Below are positions 25,571 through 38,598 of a stretch of 64,000 bases of DNA, piece by piece. Origin of the DNA: Mobula hypostoma. Taxonomy: Eukaryota. A model generated the notes under the pieces. That model saw only the letters and a program-made list of their open reading frames with translations. It was not told where the DNA came from and ran no database searches. The stretch spans positions 89,592,001 to 89,656,000 of the forward strand of contig NC_086108.1 in the NCBI RefSeq assembly GCF_963921235.1, written 5' to 3'. Each line of letters begins with the position of its first letter. Within the stretch, counting starts at the first letter, position 1. Both the position numbers and the translations under genes were made by a program.

Positions 25571-27809
25571 TGATGTGCTAACAAAACAAATTACCTTAAA
25601 CTAGGAGAAATAGTGGAAAATTATTAGTGAACGGTATTCAATCTAGGTTTCCTGGTTCTGGATGGATGAATTACTGAAGAGTGATAGTTATGGTCACGTG
25701 ACCTCTGCCTGTATGACCTCCTTTAAGTTCAATTTGCAGATGTCATTACAGTCATGGAACGATCTCAATATTTCATCCAGAAGTTGAGTGGCGTCATTCA
25801 TTATTTTTCCTACATATTCGTGTTTGGAATCTGGACATCAGCACTCACTAATCATCCCCTGTGACCATTAAGATGTTGATGGTGAACCACCATCTTGAAC
25901 TTTTGCAGTTCTTCAAGTGAAAATACTCCCAGATGCTGTTAGATAAGGAGTTCCTGCATTTAGACCTACTGAAGCGGGATCAGTGCATTACCTGTACTTC
26001 TAAATCAGGACAGTGTGCCTCTTGGTGGTGGTGTTCTCATGCTTGCTGTTCTTGTCCTTCATGCTTGGGAGGTGCTGTTGGAGTAGCTAAGGGAAGTAAC
26101 TGCACCATATTTATCGATAGTGCTGCTACTCTTTTGTAATGATGAAGGGAATGATCTTTAGGATAGTTGATTGGAATTGATCAATTTATTGTTACATGTA
26201 CTGTATTTAGCGAAGTGAAAAGCTTGTCTCCTATACTTCAGTCAGATTAGATCATTGCAGAGTCGCAATGGAAATAGAACAAGGGAAAACAATGACAATG
26301 CAGAATGAAGTCTAACAGTTACAGAGAAAGCGCACTGCAGCTAAACAATAAGGTGCAAGTTCATAATTGGGTAGATAATGAATTTAAGAGTCTACTTTGC
26401 TATGCAGTGGTCCATTCAAGATCTGATAACATCAGAATAAAGCTATCCTTGAGCCTCGTGGTACATTCTTTCAGGCTTTTGTATTTTCTGCCCAGACAGA
26501 AGACTAGGGGAAGGGAGGGTGCCTGGGGTGGGTAAGGTCTTTGATTATACTGGCTATGTTACTGAGGCAGTGAGAAGTATAGACAGGCTGGTTTCCTTGA
26601 TGTGCTGAACTGTGTCAACAACTCTCTGTAGTTTCTTGTGGTCACATGTACAATAGTTGTCGTACTGAGCTGTTTTGCATCAAAACAGAATGCTTTCTGT
26701 GGCACATCAGTAAGAATTGTTGAGGAGCAACAGAGGCTGTTTTAGATGCAGGTGAGTTTCAGGAGGGCTGTTGTCACAGCACTTATCCAGGGAAATACTT
26801 TATCTCCACATAGACTGTGTGATGAATTTTTTTTTACCAATGCTGTCCTCAATGAAGACAGTGCAAGGGTTAAATAGGTGTAATCTGTTTTATTGCTCTA
26901 CTTATGAGATAACGGACGCGGATTAGTAGATATATTTTGCGGGACTCAACAAACTCAGGATGTGCTGTTGCTAAGCACACTTGGTGATGGACATTGAAGG
27001 CACCACCAAGAGTGCATATTGATCCATTGTTAATTTCACTACTTCCAGTTGCTGATCAACATGGAGGAGTACTGATTCATCAGCCGAGGGTTGACTATAG
27101 GTGATAATTGGGAGATTTCCTTTCCTGTGTTTAATTCCCCCTGCCTTCAGAATCAGGCTCATTATCTCTGACTTGTGTTTTGAAGTTTGTTATTATGCAG
27201 CAGCAGGAGAGTGCAAGACATAAAATGACTATAAGTTTAAAAAAATCAATAATGCCAAAGGTTAATTACAAGGTAGCGGTCATGAGCTAGTCATAAATCT
27301 GATAGTAGAAGCAAAGAAGCTGTTTCTAAAACACTGAGTGCATGTCATCATGCTGCTATACCTCCTCTCTGATGGTAGGAATGCAAAGACGATGTGTCCC
27401 AGATGGTGAGGGGTTTTAGTGATATATGATGCCTTCCTGAGGCCCTGCCTCTTGAAGGTATTCTCAATGATGGTGAAGGTTGTGCCACCTCTGGCGTGTT
27501 TGTCCTGCTTGGGGGGGGGGGGGGGCGCAAGATGCACCAATAGATTGTGATAGAGGAGTCCAAAACATTGTCTGCAAAATATAAACTCTGGGTAGAACTA
27601 ACCTGGTCTATTGCTAGACTAATTTCTGGGATGGCTCACCCTGTTTAGACTCCTGTCCTCAGATGTTTGTGAAGAGGATTTTGCAAGATCGGCTGGGCTG
27701 GGAGCAACTTTGCCATGTCCAAAATCTGTGTCTTGGTTGATGCAGCCAAATAGTCCAGTATTATTCCTTCTCTATTTTTTAAAAGATAGATAGTGGTACT
27801 GATGCACAT

Positions 27810-28108
27810 AAGCATTAAGCTGCGCCTGATGGAGTCAACCACGTGGGGTGAGTCTGGAGTCAACCACATGGGGTGAGTCCGGAGTCAAACATAGGTCAGA
27901 CCAGGTTTGAAAAATCTCTTCCCCTGAAAGGCTTTGGTGAACCAAATGCATTATTTTTGACAATCCAGTTATTTCGCATGGACGTTGTTTCACAAATTCC
28001 AGAGATCAAATGTATTAAAATTCATTTGGATTTGAACTCGGCTCTCAGGATTATTTATCCAGAACCTCTGGATTACCAAACTAGTAATATAACAGATGTG
28101 CCACCACT
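27810..28108 (-). mobile_element. tRNA-derived SINE with internal 25-bp tandem duplication
   Basis: Minus-strand head tggtggcacatctg... with B-box gagttcaaatcc; tandem unit tggagtcaaccac(g/a)tggggtgagtc at 27830-27888. Confidence 0.55.
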
Positions 28109-28915
28109 TTGTCAATATAGGTATTTGAAACTGAAATTACTGCTTTCAAGGTATTCCAGCATGGAATGAATAACTAACTGATTAACCAGATGGTGCAGAA
28201 TGGACCAAGCATATAACAAAATTAATTTTTCACCTGAGACATGGTATTGGTGCTCAGGCAAAAAGCAATTTAGTATATCACCACCTTCCGAAGGGCACCT
28301 TAAGATGTATATAATAAAACATACGAATAGAAGCAGAAGTAGGTGATGTGACCCTCAGTGCTGCTCCCCTATTTATTGTGATACTGACTGATCCTGTTAT
28401 CAGTTACTGTAAGACCATCAACCCGTTCATTCAATAAATAAAAATAAAATTTTCATTTCAGGACAAACTGGGAAAATATAATCCCATTCGTAATTTCAAT
28501 TTAATGCAAACCACTCGAAAATCCAGTTGTCAAGTACAGTTGAAAGTGTGTGTGATTGTGGCAGGGACAAGTCTTGTATAAGACTTCAAACTCCAGGATT
28601 CAAAAAAACATCAGAAAATGGTGAATCATATCAATGAAAGCATCTGATGGAACAGTAGATACAATTATGTATCAGCTCTATCCACCAGCAAACAGATTCT
28701 AATGTAATTGCTCTGAGATTACATTCAATTGGCAACAAGCACCCAATTACTGACAAAAAAATACATCCAAGGAAACTTGGCGCATATAGATCATTTATTT
28801 AGATGCTAACTAAACAAAATCAAATCTGTAATTGTTGATTGTGGCAAGTGTGTTAGAACTTCCATGCTTTATTTTGCTAATTTTAAAATGCAATAATCTT
28901 CTTATTCTTTATAAG

Positions 28916-29048
28916 ATAATCGTGGGAGAAGTGGCTGTATTTTTACTTCAATCAGCTTCTAAAGAGTTTGGAAATCGTGAGAAGGCAATAATAACCGGAG
29001 ACTGTTGTTACATCAATCCGCTGGTGCGCAGAACAGTCAGGTTCCTTG
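28916..29048 (+). CDS. PLPPR5: Phospholipid phosphatase-related protein 5, internal coding exon (probably exon 2)
   Basis: Pyrimidine tract and AG (cttattctttataag) before 28916; G|gtaaga donor at 29049. Translates IIVGEVAVFLLQSASKEFGNREKAIITGDCCYINPLVRRTVRFL(G); GDCCYINPLVRRTVRFLG is characteristic of PLPPR5. 133 nt, ends in phase 1. Confidence 0.92.
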
Positions 29049-31309
29049 GTAAGAGTAACATTTAAAGTTCTCCCGGAAGACGCTTGTCATTTTATGAGGT
29101 TGATATTTCTAAATTAAAAATAAGATGAAAGTCTTGGTATTTTGTTTGTTGCATTTCCTGCCCTGCTGTGGAAAAGACAACATTTAGGATGTACAAAAAA
29201 TAATATTTTCACAAATTACTAATACTAAACTGTTAAAAAGTAACAGGAAAAACATCTTCATTATTTGTCTGGCTGCGAGTTACCTAAAAGTAATACCAAC
29301 TATTTCACATATACTGCTGCAATCATTGAAGAGCTAATTTCATATACTGTATCTACATAGGACTATAGTTTTTGAACGGTTTTCTGGTTTGACATAAGGA
29401 CAGGTTGGCTTTCATGAAATACAGATTAGTACAAAGAGCTCTTATTTACTGAGTTCTATGGTTTTTTGCAATGTTCATATTGGCATACTTCAGTTGAAAG
29501 AGAAATAGCAATTGACTGAAGAGACATTATTGAGGAAATAGTTTTTAATGCTTCTCACTGAAGAATGATAACAGATGGGAATCTTAGTGACAGCAATGAT
29601 TCTTGCCAGCTGATAGCGCAAGGTAGCTTACAAATAGGTGAAAGATGTCTTCATGGATTGAATATGAGCCAATTATGCAGTGAAAGCCATTTTATTTTAG
29701 GATTTTGCTATAGTCAATTCCTCGGCCTCTATCAATCCCAGTTTTCTATGCTGTTCATTGCAAAATTACAATAAATAAATAGCCTGCAGCCTTCAGTCTG
29801 AGTATTAAATTAGTGGCAAATTACTTCGAACAATTTGTCTTAAATTTCCTATCCACCACTTAGTGAGCTGTTTCAATGGGAGGCTTTGAGGTCCATGGGC
29901 CAAATGTAGGCAGATGGGATTAGCTCACTAGACAACACAGTCAGTATGGACTGTTTGGGCTGAAGGGCCTTTTTCCATGCTATATGACTCTGGGACTAGC
30001 TCCTTTGATAAAATAACAAAAAAATCAAATAAAAGCATTAAGCATATAAATACTCATATGTTAAAGTGTAATTTGAAAGATTTGCATTTTAAAATCATCT
30101 TAAAAAGTGACTGCACTTTTCTGTATTGTGGATTGGCTTTGTGGAAAATATGCAATTATATTTTTCTCTGTTTAATAAAAAAATTCAAAACTATTCTCTA
30201 TTGCATTTGTCCCTATCCTTTCTCCACAACTACCTAAAATTACTTGGTTATACAATAGAGCTATAACAGTCTTTTAAACTTTAAATGTCTGCTTAGATAT
30301 CAGGAAAGAACAAAGTGATTTGATACAAACAACAGACTTCTGTAAAATATCAGATGGTCAGGTAGCATATGAGGAGAGAAATGGACAGTCAATGTTTTGG
30401 GTCAAGTATCTTAACCTGGACTCCAGATTCTCGAATCTGCAGTCTTTTATGTCTCCAATGTGATCTAATAATTTGAAACAAAACCTTAAAAACAATTTGT
30501 AATGAAAGGCCTGATCAAAAGGTCTAATCAACCCATAAACTGAGTATATAATTAACAATTTTAAGCCATAGCATGTAGGTGGAGAATATTGTTGATATAA
30601 ACAGAAGTGTATGCACATTTGAAGTGAAAACAACTTGCAGTTTCATTAATATACAGTGAAACATTATGTATTTGCTTGATATTGTCAAAAGGAATTTCTT
30701 TCTGAGTTTTCCCACTTCACCAGATGCAGGACTACAGGTAAACTGTACAGTGCAATATGAAAATAAACTTAAAAGTACTCAAAATAATGGTTTAAGTAGC
30801 AAACCAAACAATTTATCTTTTACTGTCAGGTGAACCTGACAGCTAGTAAGTTCATTAATGATTAGTAATATCACTCTTTGCATATTTTTCAATGGTTATT
30901 GAACACTCCGTAATGGATTTTTACAGGCTATCTCCTTGGTTACTGTGTAGGAACTGATGGTCTGCCATGAATATTTCAACTAAATGAAAATAGCATTTGC
31001 TGTCATAGAATTGTACTGTTTGACTCAGCTGGTCTGTGATCTGTGTCAAGCTCTTCAAATTTGAATATTCTTACTCAAATGTGAATATAGAGAATATTGG
31101 TGTAGTTACTTATATCTAGCAAAATTTAACTTCTCTCTTTGTAATTCTTTGTACAGAGGTATTCAATTATAGACTGTTCTTCCATTTATATAAGGCAACG
31201 TCCCCAATTGTACTTTTACCTGACTTCAAACAGTTCCAGTGTCTATATATAGGGGTATTAAATGGATAAGTCATGTCTACCTCCTCCTGAACCTATCACT
31301 ATTACAGAA

Positions 31310-31487
31310 GCCCACCTGGCTTCACCTATGACCTTCTAATTATCCTCCATCCAAACCCCCCACCTTTTTTATTCTGGCATCTTTCCCCTTCCTTTTCAGT
31401 CCTGAAAAAGGGTCTCAGCCCGAAATGTCGACTGTTTATTCGTTTCCATAGATGACTTGCTGTGTTCCTCCAGCATTTTGTGTGCGT
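31310..31487 (+). mobile_element. Penelope-like terminal-repeat fragment with hammerhead motif (31397-31434, core CTGAAAA)
   Basis: cagtc CTGAAAA agggtctcagccc GAAA t GTC gactg, followed by ttcctccagcattttgtgtgc. Confidence 0.7.
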
Positions 31488-31627
31488 TACAATTACAGAA
31501 GCTTGTGTTCAGAGCAATTAGCTTACCCAAGATACCAAGAAATGGCTAAGTGCTGGTACACTCCACAGGTAACAATGATACAATGGTTGTAGGCATCAGT
31601 TTAGCAGTTCTTCCAGTGGTTGTAACA

Positions 31628-32683
31628 AAACACATTAATGAAGATACAGCAGTGGATGTAGTGTATATGGATTTCAGTAAGGCATTTGATAAGGTTCCCC
31701 ATGCAAGGCTCATTCACAAAATAATGAGGCATGGGATCCATGGAGACCTTGCTTTGTGGATCCAGAATTGGCTTGCCCACGGAAGGCAAAAGGTGGTTGT
31801 AGATGGTTCGTATTCTGCATGGAGGTTTTCCGCAGGGATCTGTTCGGGACCCCCTCCTCTTTGTGATTTTTATAAGTGACCTGGATGAAGAAGTAGAAGA
31901 GTGGGTTAGTAAGTTTGCTGATGACACATAAGTTGGGAGTATTGTGGATAATCTGGAAGGATGTCAGAGGTTCCAGAGGAACATCGATAGGATGCAAAAC
32001 TGGGCTTAGAAGTGGCAGTTAAAGTTCAATCCAGATGACTGAGAAGTTCTTCATTTTGGTAGATCAAATTTGAAGACAGAATATAATAGTAAAGGTAAGA
32101 CTTGGCAGTGTGGAGGATCAGTGAGATCTTGGGGTCTGTATTATGGACACTCAAAGCTGCTGAACAGGTTGACAGTGTTGTTAAGAAGGCATATGGTGTG
32201 TTGGCCTTCATCAACTGTGGGACTGAGTTTAAGAGCTGTGAGTTAATGTTACAGCTATATAAGACCTTAGTTAAACCCCACTTGGAGTACTAATTTCAGT
32301 TCTCACCTCACTACAGGAAGGATGTGGATACTATAGAGAGAGTGTAGATTTACAAGATTTATAGAGGAGATTTACAAGGATGTTGCCTGGATTGGAGAGC
32401 ATGTCTTATGAGAATAAGTTGAGTGAATTTAGCCTTTTCTCCTTGGAGCGACAGAGGATCAGAGGTGATCTGATAGAGGTGTACAAGATGATGAGAGGCA
32501 TAGATCGTGTGGATAGCCAGAGGCTTTTTCCCAGGGCTGAAATGGCTAACATGAGGGGGCATAGTTTTAAGGTGCTTGGAAGTAGGTAAAAGGGGAGATG
32601 TCAGAGGTAAGTTTTTCATATAGAGCATTGTGGGTGCGTGGAATGCATTGCCAGTGAAGGTGGTAGAGGTGCACACAAAGGAA
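31628..32683 (+). mobile_element. CR1 LINE RT fragment, decayed, cut off by L1 tail
   Basis: AVDVVYMDFSKAFDKVPH, KFADD, YKTLVKPHLEY, RIRGDLIEVYKMMRGIDRV. Confidence 0.85.
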
Positions 32684-35600
32684 TCTTTTCTTTCTTTCTT
32701 TTTAAATCTTTTTATTGAATAAGTATACAAAAAGGTAAACCATATAAACATTAATACAATGTTAAAATATAATAAAATTCCAGAAGGTATCAATACCAAA
32801 AAAAAATACTACAAACAATGTAATTTAAACATAAAAAACCAAGATAACATAATAGTATACTAAATTTTATATATATATCAATGGAAAAAAAAGAAAAAAA
32901 AACCCCAAAAAAAACCCACTGTGCAACTAACTAAAAGCAAAGCAAAGCAATGGGCTAACTTGAAACCAAACAGAGTTAAACTTAAAATCACGTCCTCAAT
33001 CCCGCCCTCCATTAAAAACAGTGGAAAAAAAACAAGAAGGGTATATATTACATTAAATGAAAATATCGAATAAAAGGTCCCCAAATCTGTTCAAATTTAA
33101 ATGAAGAATCATAAAGGTTACTTCTAATTTTCTCCAGATTCAAACATAAAATCGTCTGAGAGAACCAAAAAAAGGTAGTTGGAGCATTAAGCTCTTTCCA
33201 ATGTTGTAAAATACATCTTTTCGCCATTAAAGTAAGAAATGCGATCATTCTACGGGCTGAAGGGGAAAGATTACTAGAAATTTTGGGTAGTCCAAAGATA
33301 GCAGTAATAGGGTGAGGAGAGATATCTATATTTAATACCTTAGAAATAATATTAAAAATATCTCTCCAAAAAGTTTCCAAAGTAGGACAAGACCAAAACA
33401 TATGAGTTAAAGAGGCTATCTGCCCCGAACATCTATCACAAAAAGGATTAATATGCGAGTAAAAACGCGCTAACTTATCTTTGGACATATGTGCTCTATG
33501 AACTACTTTAAATTGAATTAGGGAATGTTTAGCACAAATAGAGGAAGTATTAACTAATTGTAAAATCTGCCCCCAATCATCCACAGAAATGGTAAGCCCC
33601 AATTCCTGTTCCCAATCTACCCTAATCTTATCAAATGGAGCTTTCCTACGTTTCATAATAATATTATAAATCATAGCCGATGCACCTTTCTGACATGGAT
33701 TGAGGTTAATTATCGAATCTAAAATATATGTAGGAGGAAGCATTGGAAAGGAAGAAAGTATAGTACTTAGGAAATTTCTAACTTGTAAATATCTAAAAAG
33801 ATGTATTCTTGATAAATTATATTTATTAGATAATTGTTCAAAAGACATAAGGGAACCATCTAAAAATAAATCCAAAAACCGTAAAATACCCTTAGTCTTC
33901 CAGGTTTGAAAAGCGCGATCCGTAAAAGAGGGAGGAAAAAATATGTTACCTAAAATAGGAATCGCTAACCCGAATTGATTAAGATCAAAAAATTTTCTGA
34001 ATTGAAACCAAATGCGCAAAGCATATTTAACTATCGGGTTAAAGACCTGCTTAAGGCGTTTCGAATCAAAAGGAAGAGAGGAACCTAAAATAGAGCCAAG
34101 TGTATAACCCTGAACAGATTGTAGTTCCAATGCTACCCATTTAGGAATAGATAGTATATCCTGATCAAGTAACCAAAATTTCATATGTCGAATATTAATA
34201 GCCCAATAAAAGAATCTAAAGTTAGGTAATGCTAAACCTCCATCTCTCTTAGCTTTCTGTAAATGTATTTCACCCAGTCTCGGATTCTTATTCTGCCAAA
34301 TAAATGAAGAAATTTTAGAGTCAACTTTATCAAAGAAAGATTTTGGAACAAAAATTGGTAATGCCTGAAACACATATAAAAATTTTGGCAAAAAAAACAT
34401 CTTAACTGCATTAATACGACCAATCAAAGTTAAATATAAGGGAAACCATTTAGATGAAAGTTGAGTAATATGGTCTATTAATGGTAAAAAGTTAATCTTA
34501 AATAAATCTTTATATTTACAAGTAATTTTAATCCCAAGATAAGAAAAATAATTATCAATCAATTTAAATGGAAATTTATAATATAAGGGAAGATGTTTAT
34601 TAATCGGAAAGAGTTCACTCTTACTAAGATTTAATTTATAACCTGAAAAAAAAACAAATTGTGCTAATAACTCTAAAACAGCAGGAATGGATTTCTCAGG
34701 ATTAGAAATATATAACAGTAAATCATCAGCATAGAGTGATAATTTATGGGACTTTAATCCCCGAGTTATCCCAGTAATATTTGAAGATTCTCGAATGGCA
34801 ATTGCAAGAGGTTCTAATGCAATATCAAATAATAGGGGACTAAGAGGACAGCCTTGTCGAGTACCTCGAAAAAGAGGAAAAAAAGGTGAGTTTAAAGAGT
34901 TAGTACGGACCGAGGCTGCAGGGGAATGATATAACAGTTTAATCCAGGATATAAATTTCAAGCTAAAATTAAACATTTCAAGCACCTTAAATAAATAGGG
35001 CCATTCTACTCTATCAAAAGCTTTCTCGGCGTCTAAAGAAATAACACACTCAGGAACATTTTGTGAGGGAGTATAAACAATATTTAACAATGTACGAATA
35101 TTATAAAAAGAGTAACGACCTTTAATAAAACCCGTTTGGTCTTCCGAAATAATAGAAGGAAGTACTTTTTCTAGTCTATTTGCTAATAACTTAGAAAAAA
35201 CTTTAGAATCAACATTTAATAAAGATATTGGTCTATAAGATGCACATTGAGCAGGGTCTTTATCCTTCTTTAGTATTAAAGAAATTGACGCTCTATTAAA
35301 AGATTCAGGAAGTTTACCAAGTTTCAGAGAAGCCTCAAAGACCCTACAGAGCCAAGGGATCAATAAAGAAGCAAAACATTTATAAAATTCAACGGTAAAC
35401 CCATCCGGGCCAGGAGCTTTCCCCAGATTCATAGAAAAAATAACATTCTTAATCTCATCCATAGTAATGGAAGTATCTAATATAGAAGACATATCCTGTG
35501 AAATCTTAGGGAAGTCTAACTTATCTAAAAAATCATTCATATATTTAGAATCTCGAGGAGACTCTGATTGATATAAAGAAGAATAAAAATCACAAAAGGT

Positions 35601-36225
35601 TTGATTAATCCCCACATGATCCAGTATCAATCGATCATTTTGGTTATAAATCTGATTGATTTGAGATTTAACATAATTAGATTTCAATTGGTTAGCCAGC
35701 AGCTTGCCAATTTTGTCACTGTGAACATAAAATTCACTTCTTGTTTTCTTTAATTGGTTTACAATCAAGGACGAGAGTAATAAACTGTGTTCCATTTGAA
35801 GTTCAGTTCTTTCTTTGTATAACTCCTCAGAAGGAGCCATAACATATTTCTTATCAATTTCTTTAATCTTGTCCACAATTGCCATCTCCTCCTGCTTCTG
35901 TTTCTTCCTCAAAGCAGCAGAATACGAAATAATCTGACCACGAATATAGGCTTTAAAAGTGTCCCAAAGAGTGTTAACAGAAATATCCTCTGTATGATTA
36001 ATTGTAAAAAAAAGCTCAATCTGTTCATTCATAAAGTTAACAAAGTCCGAATCCTGAAGCAACAGCGAATTAAAACGCCATTGTCTATTATTTTGTATAT
36101 TGGCCATAATTTTAATAGAAAGCTTAAGTGGAGCATGATCCGAAATGGTTATAGAATCATAATCACATTTAATCACTGAAGGAATAAGACGAGAATCAAT
36201 AAAAAAAATAATCAATTCTTGAATA
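32684..36225 (-). mobile_element. L1 (LINE-1) element, 5'-truncated within the endonuclease; young
   Basis: AT-rich; aataaa plus A-rich tail (aataaaaagatttaaaaagaaagaaagaaaaga) at 32684-32717; long open ORF2. Confidence 0.93.
33048..36205 (-). CDS. L1 ORF2 (end of APE endonuclease, RT, C-terminal CCHC knuckle), N-terminally truncated
   Basis: ISDHAPL, KAPGPDGF, YRPISLLNVD, SLDAEKAFDRV, GTRQGCPLSPLLF, LYADD, YLGI, CDRC...HMFWSC; about 1050 codons without a stop. Confidence 0.92.
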
Positions 36226-36889
36226 TGGCCTTTTATATATTGGTGAGACCCGACGCAGACTGGGAGACTGCTTTGCTGAACATCTACGCTCTGTCCGCCA
36301 GAGAAAGCAGGATCTCCCAGTGGCCACACATTTTAATTCCACATCCTATTCCCATTCTGACATGTCTATCCACGGCCTCCTCCACCGTAAAGATGAAGCC
36401 ACACTCAGGTTGGAGGAACAACACCTTATATTCCGTCTGGGTAGCCTCCAACCTGATGGCATGAACATTGACTTCTCTAACTTCCGCTAAGGCCCCACCT
36501 CCCCCTCGTACCCCATCTGTTACTCATTTTTATGCACACATTCTTTCTCTCACTCTCCTTTTTCTCCCTCTGTCCCTCTGAATATACCTCTTGCCCATCC
36601 TCTGGCTCACCCCCCCCCACCTCCTTGTCTTTCTTCCCGGACCTCCTGTCCCATGATCCTCTCGTATCCCCTTTTGCCTATCACCTGTCCAGCTCTTGGC
36701 TCTATCCCTCCCCCTCCTGTCTTCTCCTATCATTTTGCATCTCCCCCTCCCCCTCCAGCTTTCAAATCCCTTACTCACTCTTCCTTCAGTTAGTCCTGAC
36801 GAAGGGTCTCGGCCTGAAACGTCGACTGCGCCTCTTCCTATAGATGCTGCTTGGCCTGCTGCGTTCACCAGCAACTTTGATGTATGTTG
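36225..36889 (+). mobile_element. Penelope-like element 3' fragment (GIY-YIG C-terminal part plus terminal repeat), abutting the L1 5' break
   Basis: Nearly identical to 56040-56689; GLLYIGETRRRLGD motif. Confidence 0.92.
36792..36827 (+). ncRNA. Minimal type I hammerhead ribozyme motif, intact core
   Basis: agtc CTGACGA agg-gtctcgg-cct GAAA c GTC gact: stem I agtc/gact, conserved CUGANGA and GAAA boxes, GUC triplet (predicted cut after 36823), essentially no stem III loop. Confidence 0.8.
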
Positions 36890-38376
36890 GTTGAAAGTAA
36901 ATAACTCCATTTTTAACTGTGGCTTAGCATCTCCCAAAGTTCAAATGCCTGAATTTAAATGAATTCGGGTTGGTAAATGTTTAGGGGAAGGGGGTAGGAT
37001 TTAAGTTCATTGGGAGTCTTTATGCATTTTTTTCATACCCCAAAATGGTGAGCTCAATTTTTGTCTTGGAAAAATACTTGCTCTTGGCTAGTATGTAGTT
37101 GATATTCTAATAGTTATGAGGAGCCAATCTGATAGTGTAACCATGGGAGTAAATGTTGGATAAGTGAATTCTCCACTGGACCAAGGCTAGATGAAGACTG
37201 CAGTTCAAGGAGTACTCATCCAGGTCCACAAGGAAAACTTAGGCTCTCCTGCCCAGCATTTTCACCCACTGTCACCATCAGTATCCATAGCACTTAAACT
37301 CTGCCGGAGTTTGTCCCATGTGGCAAAATATAGATAAGAGAAGTATGTCAATATCACACCTATAAAGCCAAACTGTTTGAGTTATCCCAAGATCTTGATC
37401 TCGGTGTCCCAAGTGGGCCAGAGATTCTTCGTATCATATTCCTGGCCAAGATTTAAAACTGACCATTTTATTTTCCATAACTTATTTGAATCCGCATTTG
37501 AGCAATTTATTTATTGTTCAAGAGACACGGGTTGTCACTTTATTCCAAAGCCTTTCTATCAATATTCACTTCCATTTATCTATTTCAAGCAACCCCTAAT
37601 CTGTCCTGGATAGATTCTGACACTTTCCAGTCCCACTGTCCAACTAGTTAATATTGGCAGTTCAGTCGCTCTCACAAAGGCTGATTCTCTCTTGTGATTT
37701 TAGATGACTGTCATACATTGAAGAACTGACTGACCAATGACTTGTGTCTATAATCAGTGAGACTAATATCTCTGTCTAATTGTGCACCATTGATTGACAG
37801 AAACTGTATTTAGGATGCATTATATAAATTGCTCAAGCACTATCACAAAAGCTTTAAATGATATCACTCTATGACATAAATCCATGTTTATTCAAATCCA
37901 CAAGCATCACCCAGAATTTGATTTTTATTATTAAAGATTACAAAATTCTAAAATTAATTCATGATTAAATAGTGCAAAACCTACATCAATTCAATGGCTG
38001 TGAATACGTCAATCTTTCAATACAGAATGCACTCAAAATGCATTTACAGCTTCTGGTGATTAGATTTGTAGTGGGTGCAACAAAAAAGAAATCGGAGTAA
38101 AATTTAATCATCAATATTTCTCCCAGTTCTCTTAATGCTCCATGTTCCCAATTGTCACTAACACCCATTCTTCTATATGCCGTCCCTTAATTTACTCAAC
38201 AGGTGAGGCGTTTGCACTTGAAATCTTGTCTGCTGTTGTCAACAGCATTGCTCTTTGACACCAGAATGAGACATTTTGTAGATATCAATGTTAATAAGGA
38301 ATTTTATGCTGGATGCAGCCAGATGTACAATTTTATGGAGTGTATCCATCTCAACTCATGTTTCCTCACTCTAGAG

Positions 38377-38451
38377 CAGGGGTTCCCAACCTGGGGCTCC
38401 ATGGGCCCCTTGCTTAATAGTATTGATCCATAAAAAGGTTGGGAACCCATG
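38377..38451. mobile_element. Tiny hAT-Charlie-type MITE (75 bp)
   Basis: CAGGGGTTCCCAACCT / AGGTTGGGAACCCATG termini; left flank ctctagag, the Charlie-type target; right TSD only partly preserved. Confidence 0.75.
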
Positions 38452-38598
38452 CTCAGTGTGTAACCTTCCGTCACGTTATCCAACACAACATTTTGCATTG
38501 ATCTATAACTGAAGCATTACATTATCCTCACTTTATCCTCACTTGGCTTCTAGTGCACACAGAAAACAGGAAACCACTTGATCTGATTCAGATACATA

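Noticed and set aside
27830..27888. 25-bp direct repeats as a CRISPR-like array
   Set aside because: Tandem with no spacers, only about 2.4 units, inside a SINE, in a eukaryotic context.
36206..36329. N-terminal ~40 aa of the 1093-aa ORF as a real fusion protein
   Set aside because: It is antisense Penelope sequence plus an out-of-frame L1 stretch joined by chance through a homopolymer slip.
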